From Actinomycetes bacterium (GTDB taxonomy: Bacteria; Actinomycetota; Actinomycetes; JAHEKZ01), in assembly GCA_024644435.1 (NCBI GenBank), contig JAHEKZ010000011.1, positions 1 through 55,947 of the forward strand: 55,947 bases of DNA. The letters run 5' to 3'. Position numbers and translations under genes: made by a program. Below the pieces are notes generated by a model. That model was given only the letters and a program-made list of their open reading frames with translations, searched no databases and was not told the origin of the DNA. Shown here one piece after another: positions 32,296 to 42,378 of the stretch; within the stretch, counting starts at the first letter, position 1, and every line of letters begins with the position of its first letter.

Positions 32296-32384
32296 ACCGA
32301 CATCCTGGCAGCAAACCCGGCGCCGCGCCGGGCCCGGTGGAGCCCTGGAGGGACTGGGCAGGGCCTCGCCTATACCGTGACCCG

Positions 32385-33608
32385 GTGGCCAGTCCGTACG
32401 CACAGCTCCTGCGGACTCCGCACGCGTGGCCCTTCTCCTTGGCCGGGTTCTTCGCCCGTCTGCCGTTGGCCATGGGGGGCCTGGCTCTGCTGCTGCTGAT
32501 GGTCGACATCACCGACTCGTACTACGTCGCCGGCGCTGTCGACGCCACTTACATTCTGGTCGGGTCACTATCGGCACCAGCCATCGCCATCCTCATCGAC
32601 CGCTACGGACAGCGCCGCGTGATCGGGCCGCAGATCACCATCCACGTGCTGGGCGTGGTGACTCTGCTGCTGCTGGCCGCCAACGACGCACCGCTCCCGG
32701 CGTTCTTCTTCGCCGCGGCGGTGGCAGGAGCTGCACTGCCGGTGGTCGGAGCTGCGGTGCGAGCCCGGTGGTCCTATGTGCTGGCTGGATCCCCCTTGCT
32801 CCGCTCGGCCTACTCGTGGGAGTCCGTGGTCGACGAGTTCGTCTTCATCATCGGGCCACCGCTGGCGGCGGGCGTGGCAGCGAGCGTCGGCGCCTCGTCT
32901 GCGCTGGCGCTCACCGCCGTCATCGGCGCAAGCGGCACCGTGGCGTTTCTGGCCCAGCGGTCGACCGAGCCGGCGCCTCAGCCCGCCCACGGATTCGGCG
33001 GCCCCCTGGCCCTCATGTACCCCGGGATGCCGGCCGTCTTGGTGGTCATGGCAATGCTCGGTGTGGTGTTCGCCGGCGTCGAGGTGACAGTGATCGCCAC
33101 GGCCCGCGAGGGCGGAAGCGTCGCTGCCGCCGGCATCGTGCTGGCCCTCTGGTCGGTGAGCTCGATGCTCTCCGGTCTCGTGATCGGGGGAATGCAGCGG
33201 GTACCGCCGCTCCACATCCAGCTCGTGGCCGGAACCGCAGCCACCTCGCTGCTGCTGGCGCCCCTGCTGGTCGTGCACTCACTCCCCGGGATCGCGGTGG
33301 TGCTGCTCTTCGCCGGCGCAGGAGTCTCACCTGCGCTCATTGCCGGGTTCGCGTTGGCGGCGCGCCTCGTCCCGGCCACGGCGCTGACCCAGGCACTCAC
33401 CTGGAGCTCCACCGCGATCGGAGTGGGATTCGCCATCGGGTCACCGGCCAGCGGCCGACTCGTCGACGAGATTTCGATCAACGCCGGCTTCTGGGTGGCC
33501 ATGATCGCCGGTGTGGTCGCCACGGCCGCCGCACTGATCGGGCTGCGCAGCACGGCACACCGGTTCACCGATCCTGGGGAGACCACTGAGAGCCTGCCCG
33601 AGGTGTGA
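32385..33608 (+). CDS. MFS transporter
   Basis: Track ORF 32259..33608. The in-frame GTG at 32385 is a more plausible start. About 12 TM helices. Confidence 0.75.
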   Translation: MASPYAQLLRTPHAWPFSLAGFFARLPLAMGGLALLLLMVDITDSYYVAGAVDATYILVGSLSAPAIAILIDRYGQRRVIGPQITIHVLGVVTLLLLAANDAPLPAFFFAAAVAGAALPVVGAAVRARWSYVLAGSPLLRSAYSWESVVDEFVFIIGPPLAAGVAASVGASSALALTAVIGASGTVAFLAQRSTEPAPQPAHGFGGPLALMYPGMPAVLVVMAMLGVVFAGVEVTVIATAREGGSVAAAGIVLALWSVSSMLSGLVIGGMQRVPPLHIQLVAGTAATSLLLAPLLVVHSLPGIAVVLLFAGAGVSPALIAGFALAARLVPATALTQALTWSSTAIGVGFAIGSPASGRLVDEISINAGFWVAMIAGVVATAAALIGLRSTAHRFTDPGETTESLPEV

Positions 33609-33620
33609 CATTCTTCCGCC

Positions 33621-34421
33621 ATGGCAGATCTTCGACTGGTTGGTATCACCGACGACGGCGCCCGGTTGATCCTCGAGCGTGCCGATGGTGAGCGTGAACA
33701 CGTCGTGGTCGACGAGCGCCTGCGCTCGTTGCTGCTGCGCCGGTCGACGTCGGCCACCCAGACGCAGATCGACCTGGAGAGCCGCCTCACTCCTCGCGAG
33801 ATCCAGACCCGGATCCGCAGCGGGCAGAGCATGCAAGAAGTCGCCGAGGCTGCCGGCATCACCGTTGAACGCGTCGAGCGGTTCGCCGGACCGATACTGC
33901 ACGAGCGCGAGCACATCGCCCAAGAGGCCGCCAAGGTCAGCGTCGGCCGCGACGACCACGGTGCCGTCATGCTGCTCGGCGAGCTCGTCGGTCAGCGCCT
34001 CGAAGAGCGCGGGGTGCCCCGTGGCGGCATGCAGTGGGACGCCTGGCGTCGCGATGACGGTGGCTGGGAGGTGCGGCTCGACTACGTGGCCGGCGGCAAG
34101 GAGCGGTCAGCAGAGTGGGTGTACGACCCCGCCAGACGCACGATGACCGCCGACGACGACGAAGCCCGCTGGCTGCTCGAGGAAGAGTCCGGCGCCGCCG
34201 TCACGCCGCTGCGATCGGTTCCCGCTGACGAGGTGGCCGACGATCCCGCGACCGACGAGCCACCAGTCGAGGCAACGGTGAAGTCGGGCACCCAGGAAGC
34301 CATCGACACCCTGCTCAAGGGGCGCGAGACCGTCCCCGACTCCCCGCCGACCAAGCGGAAGAAGAAGGCGTCCGTTCCCAGCTGGGATGAGATCTTGTTC
34401 GGCTCGCGCAAACCCGAGTAG
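33621..34421 (+). CDS. sepH: Septation protein SepH (DUF3071)
   Basis: 266-aa. N-terminal MADLRLVGITDDGARLILE...LTPREIQTRIRSGQSMQEVAEAAGITVERVERFAGPILHEREHIA, acidic middle, basic C-terminal tail KRKKKASVPSWDEILFG. Confidence 0.75.
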   Translation: MADLRLVGITDDGARLILERADGEREHVVVDERLRSLLLRRSTSATQTQIDLESRLTPREIQTRIRSGQSMQEVAEAAGITVERVERFAGPILHEREHIAQEAAKVSVGRDDHGAVMLLGELVGQRLEERGVPRGGMQWDAWRRDDGGWEVRLDYVAGGKERSAEWVYDPARRTMTADDDEARWLLEEESGAAVTPLRSVPADEVADDPATDEPPVEATVKSGTQEAIDTLLKGRETVPDSPPTKRKKKASVPSWDEILFGSRKPE

Positions 34422-34438
34422 CGCGTCAATCGCCGGTC

Positions 34439-35032
34439 TCAGCGGCTGGTGACCTGCGACAGCGTGCGGGCAAAAGCCACCGCCTGCTCGATGCCCTCAA
34501 CCCCGTCGGCTGCCACCGACACCCGCACCGAGAAGTCGTCGACCGTTGAGCTTCCGGTGTAGCCGTGATCGGCCTCGCAGTCAGGGTCGCCACAGGTGGC
34601 GGGCTCGAGGTCGAGCCGCGTGATCGCTCCCCAGCCCACGCTGATGACGACCTCGCGCGGAAGCGAGCCGGCATCGTGACTGGCCGGGTTGTCGACCACG
34701 TGGCTGACGACGACCGACGCCAGCCGGTCCAGACGCACCGCCTCGGTGCTCGTAGCGGCATGCGGCTGGCCGGTCATCTCATCGGCCGGGTAGTCGTCGG
34801 TGTGCCCGATCACGAGCCGGGTCGGTGTGAGCACCACGACGGTCAGGTGGCGTTTGAGCTCATCGCGGTCAAACGTTGCCTCGTGGTGGACGAGGAACGA
34901 GGTGATGGGTTCGTCGGCCACCGCCAGGACCAGCGAGTGCAGGACGACGTTGGGGTAGTAGCCGCACCGCTCAACGGCAGTCTTGAGGTCGCTCTGCTGC
35001 TGGGCTGAAGTCGTCACCGGAAGGTCGGTCAT
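34439..35032 (-). CDS. Conserved actinobacterial protein (DUF5998-like)
   Basis: Track ORF to 35056. ATG at 35032 (MTDLPVTTS) or at 35041 is the likely start. Lies directly downstream of the Pat-like gene. Confidence 0.5.
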   Translation of the reverse strand: MTDLPVTTSAQQQSDLKTAVERCGYYPNVVLHSLVLAVADEPITSFLVHHEATFDRDELKRHLTVVVLTPTRLVIGHTDDYPADEMTGQPHAATSTEAVRLDRLASVVVSHVVDNPASHDAGSLPREVVISVGWGAITRLDLEPATCGDPDCEADHGYTGSSTVDDFSVRVSVAADGVEGIEQAVAFARTLSQVTSR

Positions 35033-35073
35033 GACATCCATTGTGGCACCGGCCACCCACGACGCCGTCGGGG

Positions 35074-37779
35074 TCAGCCCAAGAGGCGCCGAGCGGGCAG
35101 GTCGGTTCGCGTCTGGGGGCGTCGCAGGGTGACTGCGGCGCCGAGCACAGCCGTGCCGCCCTCGGACGCCACCACCGGGCGGAGCACCAGGTGCGCGACC
35201 TCGGGGATGTCATCTGCCAGGCGTGCCGCTCGGGCGACCAGGTCTCCCAGCGTGTCGCGATCAATGGCGTGACCGGACTGATCCAGCCTCAACAGGCCGG
35301 CCGCGGCAGGGCGGTCGAGAAGCTGCTGGACGTCGTACTCCGACAGGGGCGGCACGGCATAGGCGCGGTCGCCCATCACGTCGTACGCCACACCGCTGAG
35401 CCCGAACGCGACCACCGGCCCGAAGAGCGGGTCTTCGATGGTTTCCAGAACCGTCGACACACCGGCGTCGGCCTGACGCTGCACAACCAGCCGGTCGTAG
35501 TCGAGGCGTCCGAGATCTGCCAGGCGGGCGTTGAACTGGTAGCGCAGCTCGGTCTCGTCGACGATGTCGAAGTAGACGCCACCCAGGTCGCTGCGCAGCC
35601 TCAGGTAGTCGTCCACCGTCTTCAGAACGACCGGGTAGCCCAGCTCGGCTGCGGCCAGGGCGGCCTCGTCGGCGGTCCGAGCGGTCAGGCGCGGCCACAC
35701 CTCGATGCCGTAGTGCGCCAACAACGTGGTCGTCTCGCTGTCGGTGAGCACGCGATCGTGTTCGCTGTCGCCGAGCCACTCCCCCACTCGGGTGCGGGCC
35801 GCCTCCACATCGATCCCCGTCGGAACGACGGGAGTGTCGGTGGCGTGCGCCCGCCACTCGACGTGACGATGGACAGCTGCCAGCGCACGTACCGCGTCCT
35901 CGACCGCCGGATAGGTCGGAACCGCACCCACCTGGGGTCGGCCGGAGTTCAGCCGGTCCAGCAGCCGGTGCGTACCCTCCACGGCGAACATCACGCCGAG
36001 GATCGGGGTGTGGGCCCGCGCGGCAACGCGGGTAACTGCCGCGGCGGCCCTGGCCCCGGTGTCGTGCAGCCCGGGCACGTACATCGCCAGGATCGCGTCG
36101 ACGGCCGGATCGTCAGCTGCCGCAGCCAACGCCCGCTCGAACTCGTCCGGCTTGGAATCCGGACCGAACACGATCGGGGGGTCGACCCACTGAAGCCCCG
36201 CGCTGTCGACCGCGTCCGCGGCCATGAGTGTCATGGCATCGGAGTTGCTCATCGCCAGAACCCGGTTGCCGGCAGGCAACGGCTGGTGCGCCAGCAGCTG
36301 GGCGACGTCGTACATCTCGGCGATGGTCTCGGTGCGGATGACGCCGGACTGGATGAACGTCTGCTCGACCGCCTCGGCGTCCAGGCCGGTCGACCGCACC
36401 GCATGCCCGAGCGGTGCTCCCTGTGTCGAGCGCCCAGCCTTCACGGCGATGATCGGTTTCCGGACACCGAGACGACGGGCGATCCGACTGAACTTGCGTG
36501 GGTTGCCGATGGACTCGAGGTACAGCATCACCAGCTCGGTGTCCTCGTCGTCCTCCCAGTACTGGAGGAGGTCGTTGCCGCTGATGTCAGCCCGGTTGCC
36601 TGCCGACACGAAGGTCGAGATGCCAAGGCCCCGCTTGCTGGCAGCCTCCATCAAGGCCACCCCGGGCGCGCCGGACTGCGCGAAGAATCCGATCGGCCCC
36701 CGCGTTGGAAGATGAGGAGAGAGCGAAGCGTTGAGGCGCACCGCCGGATCGGTGTTGATGAAGCCGAGCGCGTTCGGACCCAGCACGCGCAGGCCCAGCT
36801 CTCTGGCCGTCCTGAGCAACGCCACCTGAGCAGCCCACCCCTCCACTCCACTCTCGCCGAAACCACTGGAGACCACGACCAGGCTCTGCACCCGGGCGGC
36901 CGCAGCGTCGTGCACGACCTCGACCACCGTGTCCGCCGGCGTAGCCACGATCGCGAGGTCGATCGGCCCGGGGGCCTCCTTCAGCGACGGATAGCACCGA
37001 AGACCGGCGACGTCGCCTTCGGCATTGGGGTTGATCGCCACCACCGGACCGGGAAACCCACCATCGACCACGTGACGCGCCAGGGCATAGCCGATCGACT
37101 TCGGGTTGCGGCTGGCACCCACGATCGCCACCGAACGGGGTCTGACCAGTCTGGCGATGGAGGACGCCTCGGCCCGCTGCTCACGTGCGTGCGTCACCGC
37201 CAGGGAGGAGGCCGTCGGGGTGATGTCGAACGAGAGCGCGATGAAGCCTTCGTCCCTGGCGAACTCAGCCTGGTAGCCGGCATGCTCGAAGACCTCCAGC
37301 ATGCGGGCGTTCTCGGGCAGCACCTCGGCGACGAACCGACGGATCCCGCGCTCCCTGGCGGCCTGCGCAATGTGCTCGAGAAAGATGGTGCCGAGACCAC
37401 GTCCCTGGTGCTCATCCTCGATGACGAAGGCGACCTCGGCTTCTTGGGGAGCGACCCGCTCGTAGCGAACGACTCCGATCATGGCGTCGCCGATGGTCGC
37501 GACCAGCGCCACCCGGTCCCGGTAGTCAACCGTCGTGAACCGCTCGACGTCGCGGTCCGACAGCTGGGGGTACGGCGCGAAGAAGCGGTAGTAGACCGTC
37601 TGAGGGGACAGCCGCCCGTGCAGGGCGACGAGCGCGGCCGCGTCGTCGGGGACGACCGGACGAAGATGGCAGGTGCCGCCGTCGCGGAGAACGACGTCGG
37701 CCTCCCACGACTGCGGGTAGGCAGCAGGGGCATCGGCCACGAGGCACACGCTACTGCCTGCCGGGTGCCTGCCCGTCAT
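35074..37779 (-). CDS. Pat-like protein acetyltransferase: N-terminal GNAT fused to an NDP-forming acyl-CoA synthetase-like module
   Basis: 901-aa. GNAT motif FVIEDEHQGRGLGTIFLEHIAQAARERG near the N-terminus. CoA-binding PRSVAIVGASRNPKSIGY. Succinyl-CoA-synthetase-like and ATP-grasp regions follow. Confidence 0.85.
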   Translation of the reverse strand: MTGRHPAGSSVCLVADAPAAYPQSWEADVVLRDGGTCHLRPVVPDDAAALVALHGRLSPQTVYYRFFAPYPQLSDRDVERFTTVDYRDRVALVATIGDAMIGVVRYERVAPQEAEVAFVIEDEHQGRGLGTIFLEHIAQAARERGIRRFVAEVLPENARMLEVFEHAGYQAEFARDEGFIALSFDITPTASSLAVTHAREQRAEASSIARLVRPRSVAIVGASRNPKSIGYALARHVVDGGFPGPVVAINPNAEGDVAGLRCYPSLKEAPGPIDLAIVATPADTVVEVVHDAAAARVQSLVVVSSGFGESGVEGWAAQVALLRTARELGLRVLGPNALGFINTDPAVRLNASLSPHLPTRGPIGFFAQSGAPGVALMEAASKRGLGISTFVSAGNRADISGNDLLQYWEDDEDTELVMLYLESIGNPRKFSRIARRLGVRKPIIAVKAGRSTQGAPLGHAVRSTGLDAEAVEQTFIQSGVIRTETIAEMYDVAQLLAHQPLPAGNRVLAMSNSDAMTLMAADAVDSAGLQWVDPPIVFGPDSKPDEFERALAAAADDPAVDAILAMYVPGLHDTGARAAAAVTRVAARAHTPILGVMFAVEGTHRLLDRLNSGRPQVGAVPTYPAVEDAVRALAAVHRHVEWRAHATDTPVVPTGIDVEAARTRVGEWLGDSEHDRVLTDSETTTLLAHYGIEVWPRLTARTADEAALAAAELGYPVVLKTVDDYLRLRSDLGGVYFDIVDETELRYQFNARLADLGRLDYDRLVVQRQADAGVSTVLETIEDPLFGPVVAFGLSGVAYDVMGDRAYAVPPLSEYDVQQLLDRPAAAGLLRLDQSGHAIDRDTLGDLVARAARLADDIPEVAHLVLRPVVASEGGTAVLGAAVTLRRPQTRTDLPARRLLG

Positions 37780-37863
37780 TCCGCGGGTCGCCGCGGTCGT
37801 CGGGGGTGCGACGGGAGAGACTGGCCCCGACCCACACCGTCAAGCCCTGGAGCTCCGTCCCGC

Positions 37864-40305
37864 ATGGCCCGTCGCAAGTCCACCCCCGCGTCCCCTGAGC
37901 CGGTCCGCGAGAACATCGTCGACGTCGACGTCGCCGACGAGATGCAGGGCAGCTTCCTCGAGTACGCCTACTCGGTCATCTACTCCCGGGCGCTGCCCGA
38001 CGCACGCGACGGTCTCAAGCCGGTACACCGGCGGATCCTGTTCCAGATGGACGACATGGGGCTACGTCCCGACCGCGGCCACGTGAAGTCGGCTCGCGTG
38101 GTGGGCGAGGTGATGGGAAAGCTGCACCCCCATGGCGACGGCGCCATCTATGACGCCCTCGTGCGGATGGCGCAGCCCTTCTCGATGCGCCTGCCGCTCG
38201 TCGACGGCCATGGCAACTTCGGCAGCCTCGACTCGGGACCGGCTGCCATGCGGTACACCGAGTGCCGCCTCGACGCCGCTGCCCTGCTGATGACCGGCTC
38301 GATCGACGAGGACGTCGTCGACTTCAACCCCAACTACGACGGCCAGCTCACCGAGCCCCAGGTACTTCCGGCGGCGTACCCGAACCTGTTGGTGAACGGG
38401 GCCACGGGAATCGCGGTGGGCATGGCCACCAATATGGCGCCGCACAACCTCGTCGAGGTCATCTCGGCCGCCCGCCATCTGCTGACCCACCCCACAGCCG
38501 ATCTCGACACGATCATGCGATTCATCCCCGGGCCCGACCTGCCGACCGGAGGCACGATCGTGGGCCTGGACGGCATCCGCGACGCGTACGCCACCGGCAA
38601 GGGATCGTTCCGCGTCCGCGCCACCACCCGGATCGAGAGCGTGACGCCTCGACGCAAGGGCATCATCGTCACCGAGCTGCCGATGACCGTCGGACCCGAG
38701 AAGGTCGTCGAGAAGATCTCCGACCTCGTGCGCGCCAAGAAGCTGCAGGGCATCTCCAACCTCGTCGATCTCACCGACCACGAGCAGGGCCTCCGACTCG
38801 TGGTCGAGGTCAAGAACGGGTTCAACCCGGAGGCCGTGCTCGACGAGCTCTACCGGCTCACGCCGATGGAAGACTCCTTCGGCATCAACAACGTGGCCCT
38901 GGTCGACGGTCAGCCACGCACCCTCGGCCTGCTCGAGATGTTGCGGGTGTACCTCGACCACCGAATCGATGTCGTCCGCAGGCGCAGCGAGTTCCGGCGC
39001 CGCAAGGCGAGCGACCGTCTGCACCTCGTCGACGGACTCCTCATCGCGATCGTCGACATCGACGAGGTCATCGCCGTGATCCGTGGCTCCGACGACGCCG
39101 CTCAGGCGAAAGGGCGCCTGATCGGGGTCTTCGACCTCAGCGACGCACAGGCGACCTACATCCTCGACATGCCGCTGCGCCGTCTCACCAAGTTCAGCCG
39201 GATCGAGCTCGAGACCGAGCGTGAGGAGCTCCTTGCCACCATCGACGAGCTGACCGTCCTGCTCGAGGACGAGAAGGCCTTGAAGAAGCTGGTCTCCAGC
39301 GAGCTCGCCGACGTCGCCAAGAAGTTCGGGACGCCGCGCCGCACCGTGCTGCTCGAGTCGGCCGGCCAACCCACCAGGGCCTCCACGCCGTTGGAGGTCA
39401 CCGATGATCCGTGCCGGGTCCTGCTGTCGGCCACCGGCCTGCTGGCACGCACCCTCGACGCCGAGCCGCTCTCGCCGTTGGCCAAGCGGGCCAAGCACGA
39501 CGTCATCGTGAGCGAGGTCGCCACGACCGCGAGAGCTCAGATCGGCCTGCTCACGTCCGCCGGCGCGGTGGTTCGGCTCTCGGTGCTCGACCTGCCGTCG
39601 CTGCCCAACACCGCCACCGGACCCACCCTCGCCGGTGGCGCCCCCGTTCGCGAGTTCGTCGACCTCGCCCGCGGCGAGACGGTGCTCGGGCTGGTGGCGA
39701 TCGACGGCTCGATGACAGTCGCTCTCGGAACCAAGGACGGGGTCGTCAAGCGCGTCGTCGTCGAAGCACCGTCGAACAAGGACCGCTGGGAGATCATCGG
39801 CCTCAAGCCCGGCGACGAGGTCATCGGTGCCTCGCCGGCTGCCGATGCAGACGATCTGGTCTTCATCACGTCCGATGGGCAGCTGCTGCGCTTTGGCGCC
39901 TCGGCCGTCCGGCCACAGGGCCGATCGGCGGGCGGCATGGCAGGTATCCGGCTCGGCGGTGACGCGCTGGTCACGTTCTTCGGAGCGGTCCCCGCGGGCT
40001 CGGCCGCAGCGGTCGTCACGGTGTCCGGCAGCTCGGCTGCGCTTCCGGGCACCGAGGCAGGAAGCGTGAAGGTGACCGACGTCGCCGAGTACCCGTCCAA
40101 GGGACGCGGAACCGGCGGCGTGCGGTGCCATCGCTTCCTTCGGGGCGAGGACACGGTGATCCTGGCGTGGGCAGGCCCGCGCTCACCGATCGGCTGCGCC
40201 GCTGCCGGCGGCCCCATCGACCTTCCGGTGGTCGAGGGCAAGCGCGACGGAAGCGGAGAACCTGCCGCCCAACCGATCGCCGCGGTGGGATCCACCCGCG
40301 GATGA
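37864..40305 (+). CDS. parC: Type IIA DNA topoisomerase subunit A (topoisomerase IV ParC-type)
   Basis: Real gene is the C-terminal 813 codons of the 1754-aa track ORF, from ATG 37864 (MARRKSTPASPEPVRENIVDVDVADEMQGSFLEYAYSVIYSRALPDARDGLKPVHRRILF). HPHGDGAIYDALVRMAQPFS. Active-site AAMRYTECRL. Confidence 0.9.
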   Translation: MARRKSTPASPEPVRENIVDVDVADEMQGSFLEYAYSVIYSRALPDARDGLKPVHRRILFQMDDMGLRPDRGHVKSARVVGEVMGKLHPHGDGAIYDALVRMAQPFSMRLPLVDGHGNFGSLDSGPAAMRYTECRLDAAALLMTGSIDEDVVDFNPNYDGQLTEPQVLPAAYPNLLVNGATGIAVGMATNMAPHNLVEVISAARHLLTHPTADLDTIMRFIPGPDLPTGGTIVGLDGIRDAYATGKGSFRVRATTRIESVTPRRKGIIVTELPMTVGPEKVVEKISDLVRAKKLQGISNLVDLTDHEQGLRLVVEVKNGFNPEAVLDELYRLTPMEDSFGINNVALVDGQPRTLGLLEMLRVYLDHRIDVVRRRSEFRRRKASDRLHLVDGLLIAIVDIDEVIAVIRGSDDAAQAKGRLIGVFDLSDAQATYILDMPLRRLTKFSRIELETEREELLATIDELTVLLEDEKALKKLVSSELADVAKKFGTPRRTVLLESAGQPTRASTPLEVTDDPCRVLLSATGLLARTLDAEPLSPLAKRAKHDVIVSEVATTARAQIGLLTSAGAVVRLSVLDLPSLPNTATGPTLAGGAPVREFVDLARGETVLGLVAIDGSMTVALGTKDGVVKRVVVEAPSNKDRWEIIGLKPGDEVIGASPAADADDLVFITSDGQLLRFGASAVRPQGRSAGGMAGIRLGGDALVTFFGAVPAGSAAAVVTVSGSSAALPGTEAGSVKVTDVAEYPSKGRGTGGVRCHRFLRGEDTVILAWAGPRSPIGCAAAGGPIDLPVVEGKRDGSGEPAAQPIAAVGSTRG

Positions 40306-41177
40306 CCACGTGCTCGGCGATCCGCGCGACCACGCGAGAACCGCTCGCCGGTACGGCGCCGCATGCTCGACTGTGGGTGTTGCTGGAACAGCCTGGTCCG
40401 TGGGGTCGCGACGCGCTGAGCGAGAGCCACCTCCCGCTACAGACCGGACGCGCACTCGCGGCGCTCGGCGAGAGGGGCCAGGTGCGGGTCGGCCTGATCC
40501 GCAGCGTGGGCGCCCATTCCGACACGACGGACGGTCCGCGCACGCTGCTGCTGGCTCGGACCGACAGGCACGCACCGTGGCTCGTGGCCCGGTCGGTCGA
40601 CCACGTCGAAGGCCTGCCCGGCGCGTTGGACATCGACGTGCTGCTGGCTGCCGACGCTCCGCCCCACGATCTGCCGGGTGATCGGCTCGCGCACCCCGCT
40701 CAAGCGCTGCTCGTGTGCACCAACGCCAAGCGCGATCAGTGCTGCGCCGTGCTCGGCCGACCCCTCGCCGCTTCGCTGACCGAGGGGTCGGACGACCTGA
40801 CCCAGGTCTGGGAGACCACGCATACCAGCGGCCACCGCTTCGCCCCGACTTTCGTCTCGCTGCCCGATGGGTATCTCTTCGGCGGGCCCGATGCCGCGTC
40901 GCGCAGCCTTGAGGCGTGCCGTGGCCGGTCGTCTCTCACCGCCGAGGCTCAGGTGGCTGAGCTTGCGGTGCTGCGCCACCTCGATGCAGCCAGGCCGACG
41001 GCACTTGACGTGCAGGCAGCCGGGTCGGGCAGTGACACCTCGACAACCACCTGGCAGGTCGCCGCAGATGGGACGACCTTCACCGTCGACGTCGAACGCG
41101 TCGCGGGTGTCGAGCGACCGGAGTCGTGCGGCAAGGGCCCGGTTCCCTACCACTCGATGTCGGCAGCCGTCCGCTGA
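40302..41177 (+). CDS. Sucrase/ferredoxin-like (thioredoxin-like Fe-S) family protein
   Basis: Start ATG 40302 overlaps the parC stop (ATGA). CTNAKRDQCCAVLGRP and HTSGHRFAPT motifs. Confidence 0.65.
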   Translation: MTTCSAIRATTREPLAGTAPHARLWVLLEQPGPWGRDALSESHLPLQTGRALAALGERGQVRVGLIRSVGAHSDTTDGPRTLLLARTDRHAPWLVARSVDHVEGLPGALDIDVLLAADAPPHDLPGDRLAHPAQALLVCTNAKRDQCCAVLGRPLAASLTEGSDDLTQVWETTHTSGHRFAPTFVSLPDGYLFGGPDAASRSLEACRGRSSLTAEAQVAELAVLRHLDAARPTALDVQAAGSGSDTSTTTWQVAADGTTFTVDVERVAGVERPESCGKGPVPYHSMSAAVR

Positions 41178-41190
41178 CACCGAACACCGT

Positions 41191-41727
41191 CTACCAGTCG
41201 TCGCCGGCTCGGGCGGCCACCGCAATCGACGCCGAGAGGTCGACGGCGCCACCCGCCTGGCCCGACAGCAACGCCATGACGCCGGCGTCCTCGTCCGGCG
41301 TGCGGCGCCGCCCATCGCCATCGTCGACGAACGTCGGACCCTGCCAGCGCTGCCATCCGAGGCGCTCGTAGAAGTGGTGCCGGTGCGTCGAGAGCACACC
41401 CACCGGGTACCCATCAGAAATCACCTGACCGGCTTCGCGCATCACCGCGCTGCCAATGCCCTGTCCACGCCGAGCGGCGTCCACCGCCACGGCCTCTACA
41501 TAGCCGACGTCCACCACCTGATCACCGATGGAGATGGGACGCCGAACCACAGCCGCGTGGCCGACAGGGACGCCGTCATCGATCGCCACGATGTGTATCC
41601 CGCCGAGAGCGTGCTCCCACTCATGATCATTGAAGTCGTCGAAGGACGCCCACAGCAAGGAACGCAGCCGGGTGCGCATCCCGACGTCCAGCTCGTCGGA
41701 CGCCCTTTGCACAGTTCTCACGTTCAC
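41191..41727 (-). CDS. Aminoglycoside 2'-N-acetyltransferase-like GNAT (AAC(2')-I family)
   Basis: GTG start at 41727 gives 178 aa. It is collinear with my memory of mycobacterial AAC(2')-Ic: DHEWEHALGGIH, GHAAVVRR, VGYVEAVAVDAARRGQGIGSAVM, ERLGWQRWQGPT, C-terminal ARAGDDW. Confidence 0.75.
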   Translation of the reverse strand: MNVRTVQRASDELDVGMRTRLRSLLWASFDDFNDHEWEHALGGIHIVAIDDGVPVGHAAVVRRPISIGDQVVDVGYVEAVAVDAARRGQGIGSAVMREAGQVISDGYPVGVLSTHRHHFYERLGWQRWQGPTFVDDGDGRRRTPDEDAGVMALLSGQAGGAVDLSASIAVAARAGDDW

Positions 41728-41811
41728 CCCACCATCCTGCCCGCCTTGTGTGAGCTCACCGCCCTGTGGGGGCGGCCACCTCACACGTTGTGGCTTTGGC
41801 AGGATGAAGCC

Positions 41812-42378
41812 ATGGCCCTTACCTCGGCGCTGGTTCCCTTGGGAACATCCGCGCCAGACTTCACGCTGCCTGACATCCGCGGTGCCGCCCACTCCCTCGC
41901 CGACTTCACGGCTCCGGTGCTCGTCGTCGCGTTCGTCTGCAACCACTGCCCTTACGTCAATCACGTGGAAATGGCACTCGGGCGGGTGGCGTCAACCGTC
42001 GGCATTGACCTGGTCGCGATCTGCAGCAACGACGTCAGCCGCTACCCCGACGACGCACCTGACGAGCTGGCCGGACAGGCCAAACGGGCCGGCTGGGCCT
42101 TCCCCTACCTGGTCGACGAGGCCCAGCAGGTGGCCAGAGCATACGGAGCGGTCTGCACCCCTGACTTCTTCGTGTACGGCCCCGACCGCCTGCTCGCCTA
42201 CCGCGGCGCGTTCGACGAGTCAACGCCTGGGAATGGACTTCCCGTCACCGGCGCAGCGCTGACCGCCGCGATCGACCTCGTCGCTGCCGGTCACCCTGTC
42301 CCCGAACCCCACCGACCGAGCCTGGGCTGCGGCATCAAGTGGCTTCCCGACAACGACCCGACAGGAGATTCCCGATGA
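41812..42378 (+). CDS. Thioredoxin-fold (AhpC/TSA-like) thiol-disulfide oxidoreductase family protein
   Basis: Start ATG 41812 (MALTSALVPLGTSAPDFTLPD). CxxC motif FVCNHCPYV. No signal peptide. Confidence 0.7.
   Translation: MALTSALVPLGTSAPDFTLPDIRGAAHSLADFTAPVLVVAFVCNHCPYVNHVEMALGRVASTVGIDLVAICSNDVSRYPDDAPDELAGQAKRAGWAFPYLVDEAQQVARAYGAVCTPDFFVYGPDRLLAYRGAFDESTPGNGLPVTGAALTAAIDLVAAGHPVPEPHRPSLGCGIKWLPDNDPTGDSR

Noticed and set aside
30730-32499. 589-aa plus-strand ORF
   Set aside because: It is antisense to the IMPase and ferrochelatase genes, is Arg/Pro-rich, and has no motifs.
35041-37860. N-terminal ~940 codons of the 1754-aa plus-strand ORF (the longest ORF in the track)
   Set aside because: It is exactly antisense to the well-supported Pat-like gene (35074..37779). 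It has an Arg/Gly/His-rich low-complexity composition typical of antisense frames in high-GC DNA. It merely runs in frame into the genuine parC gene, which has its own ATG at 37864.
38062-40131. 689-aa minus-strand ORF
   Set aside because: It is antisense to parC, which carries unmistakable GyrA/ParC motifs. It contains no recognisable motif of its own and is a high-GC open-frame artefact.
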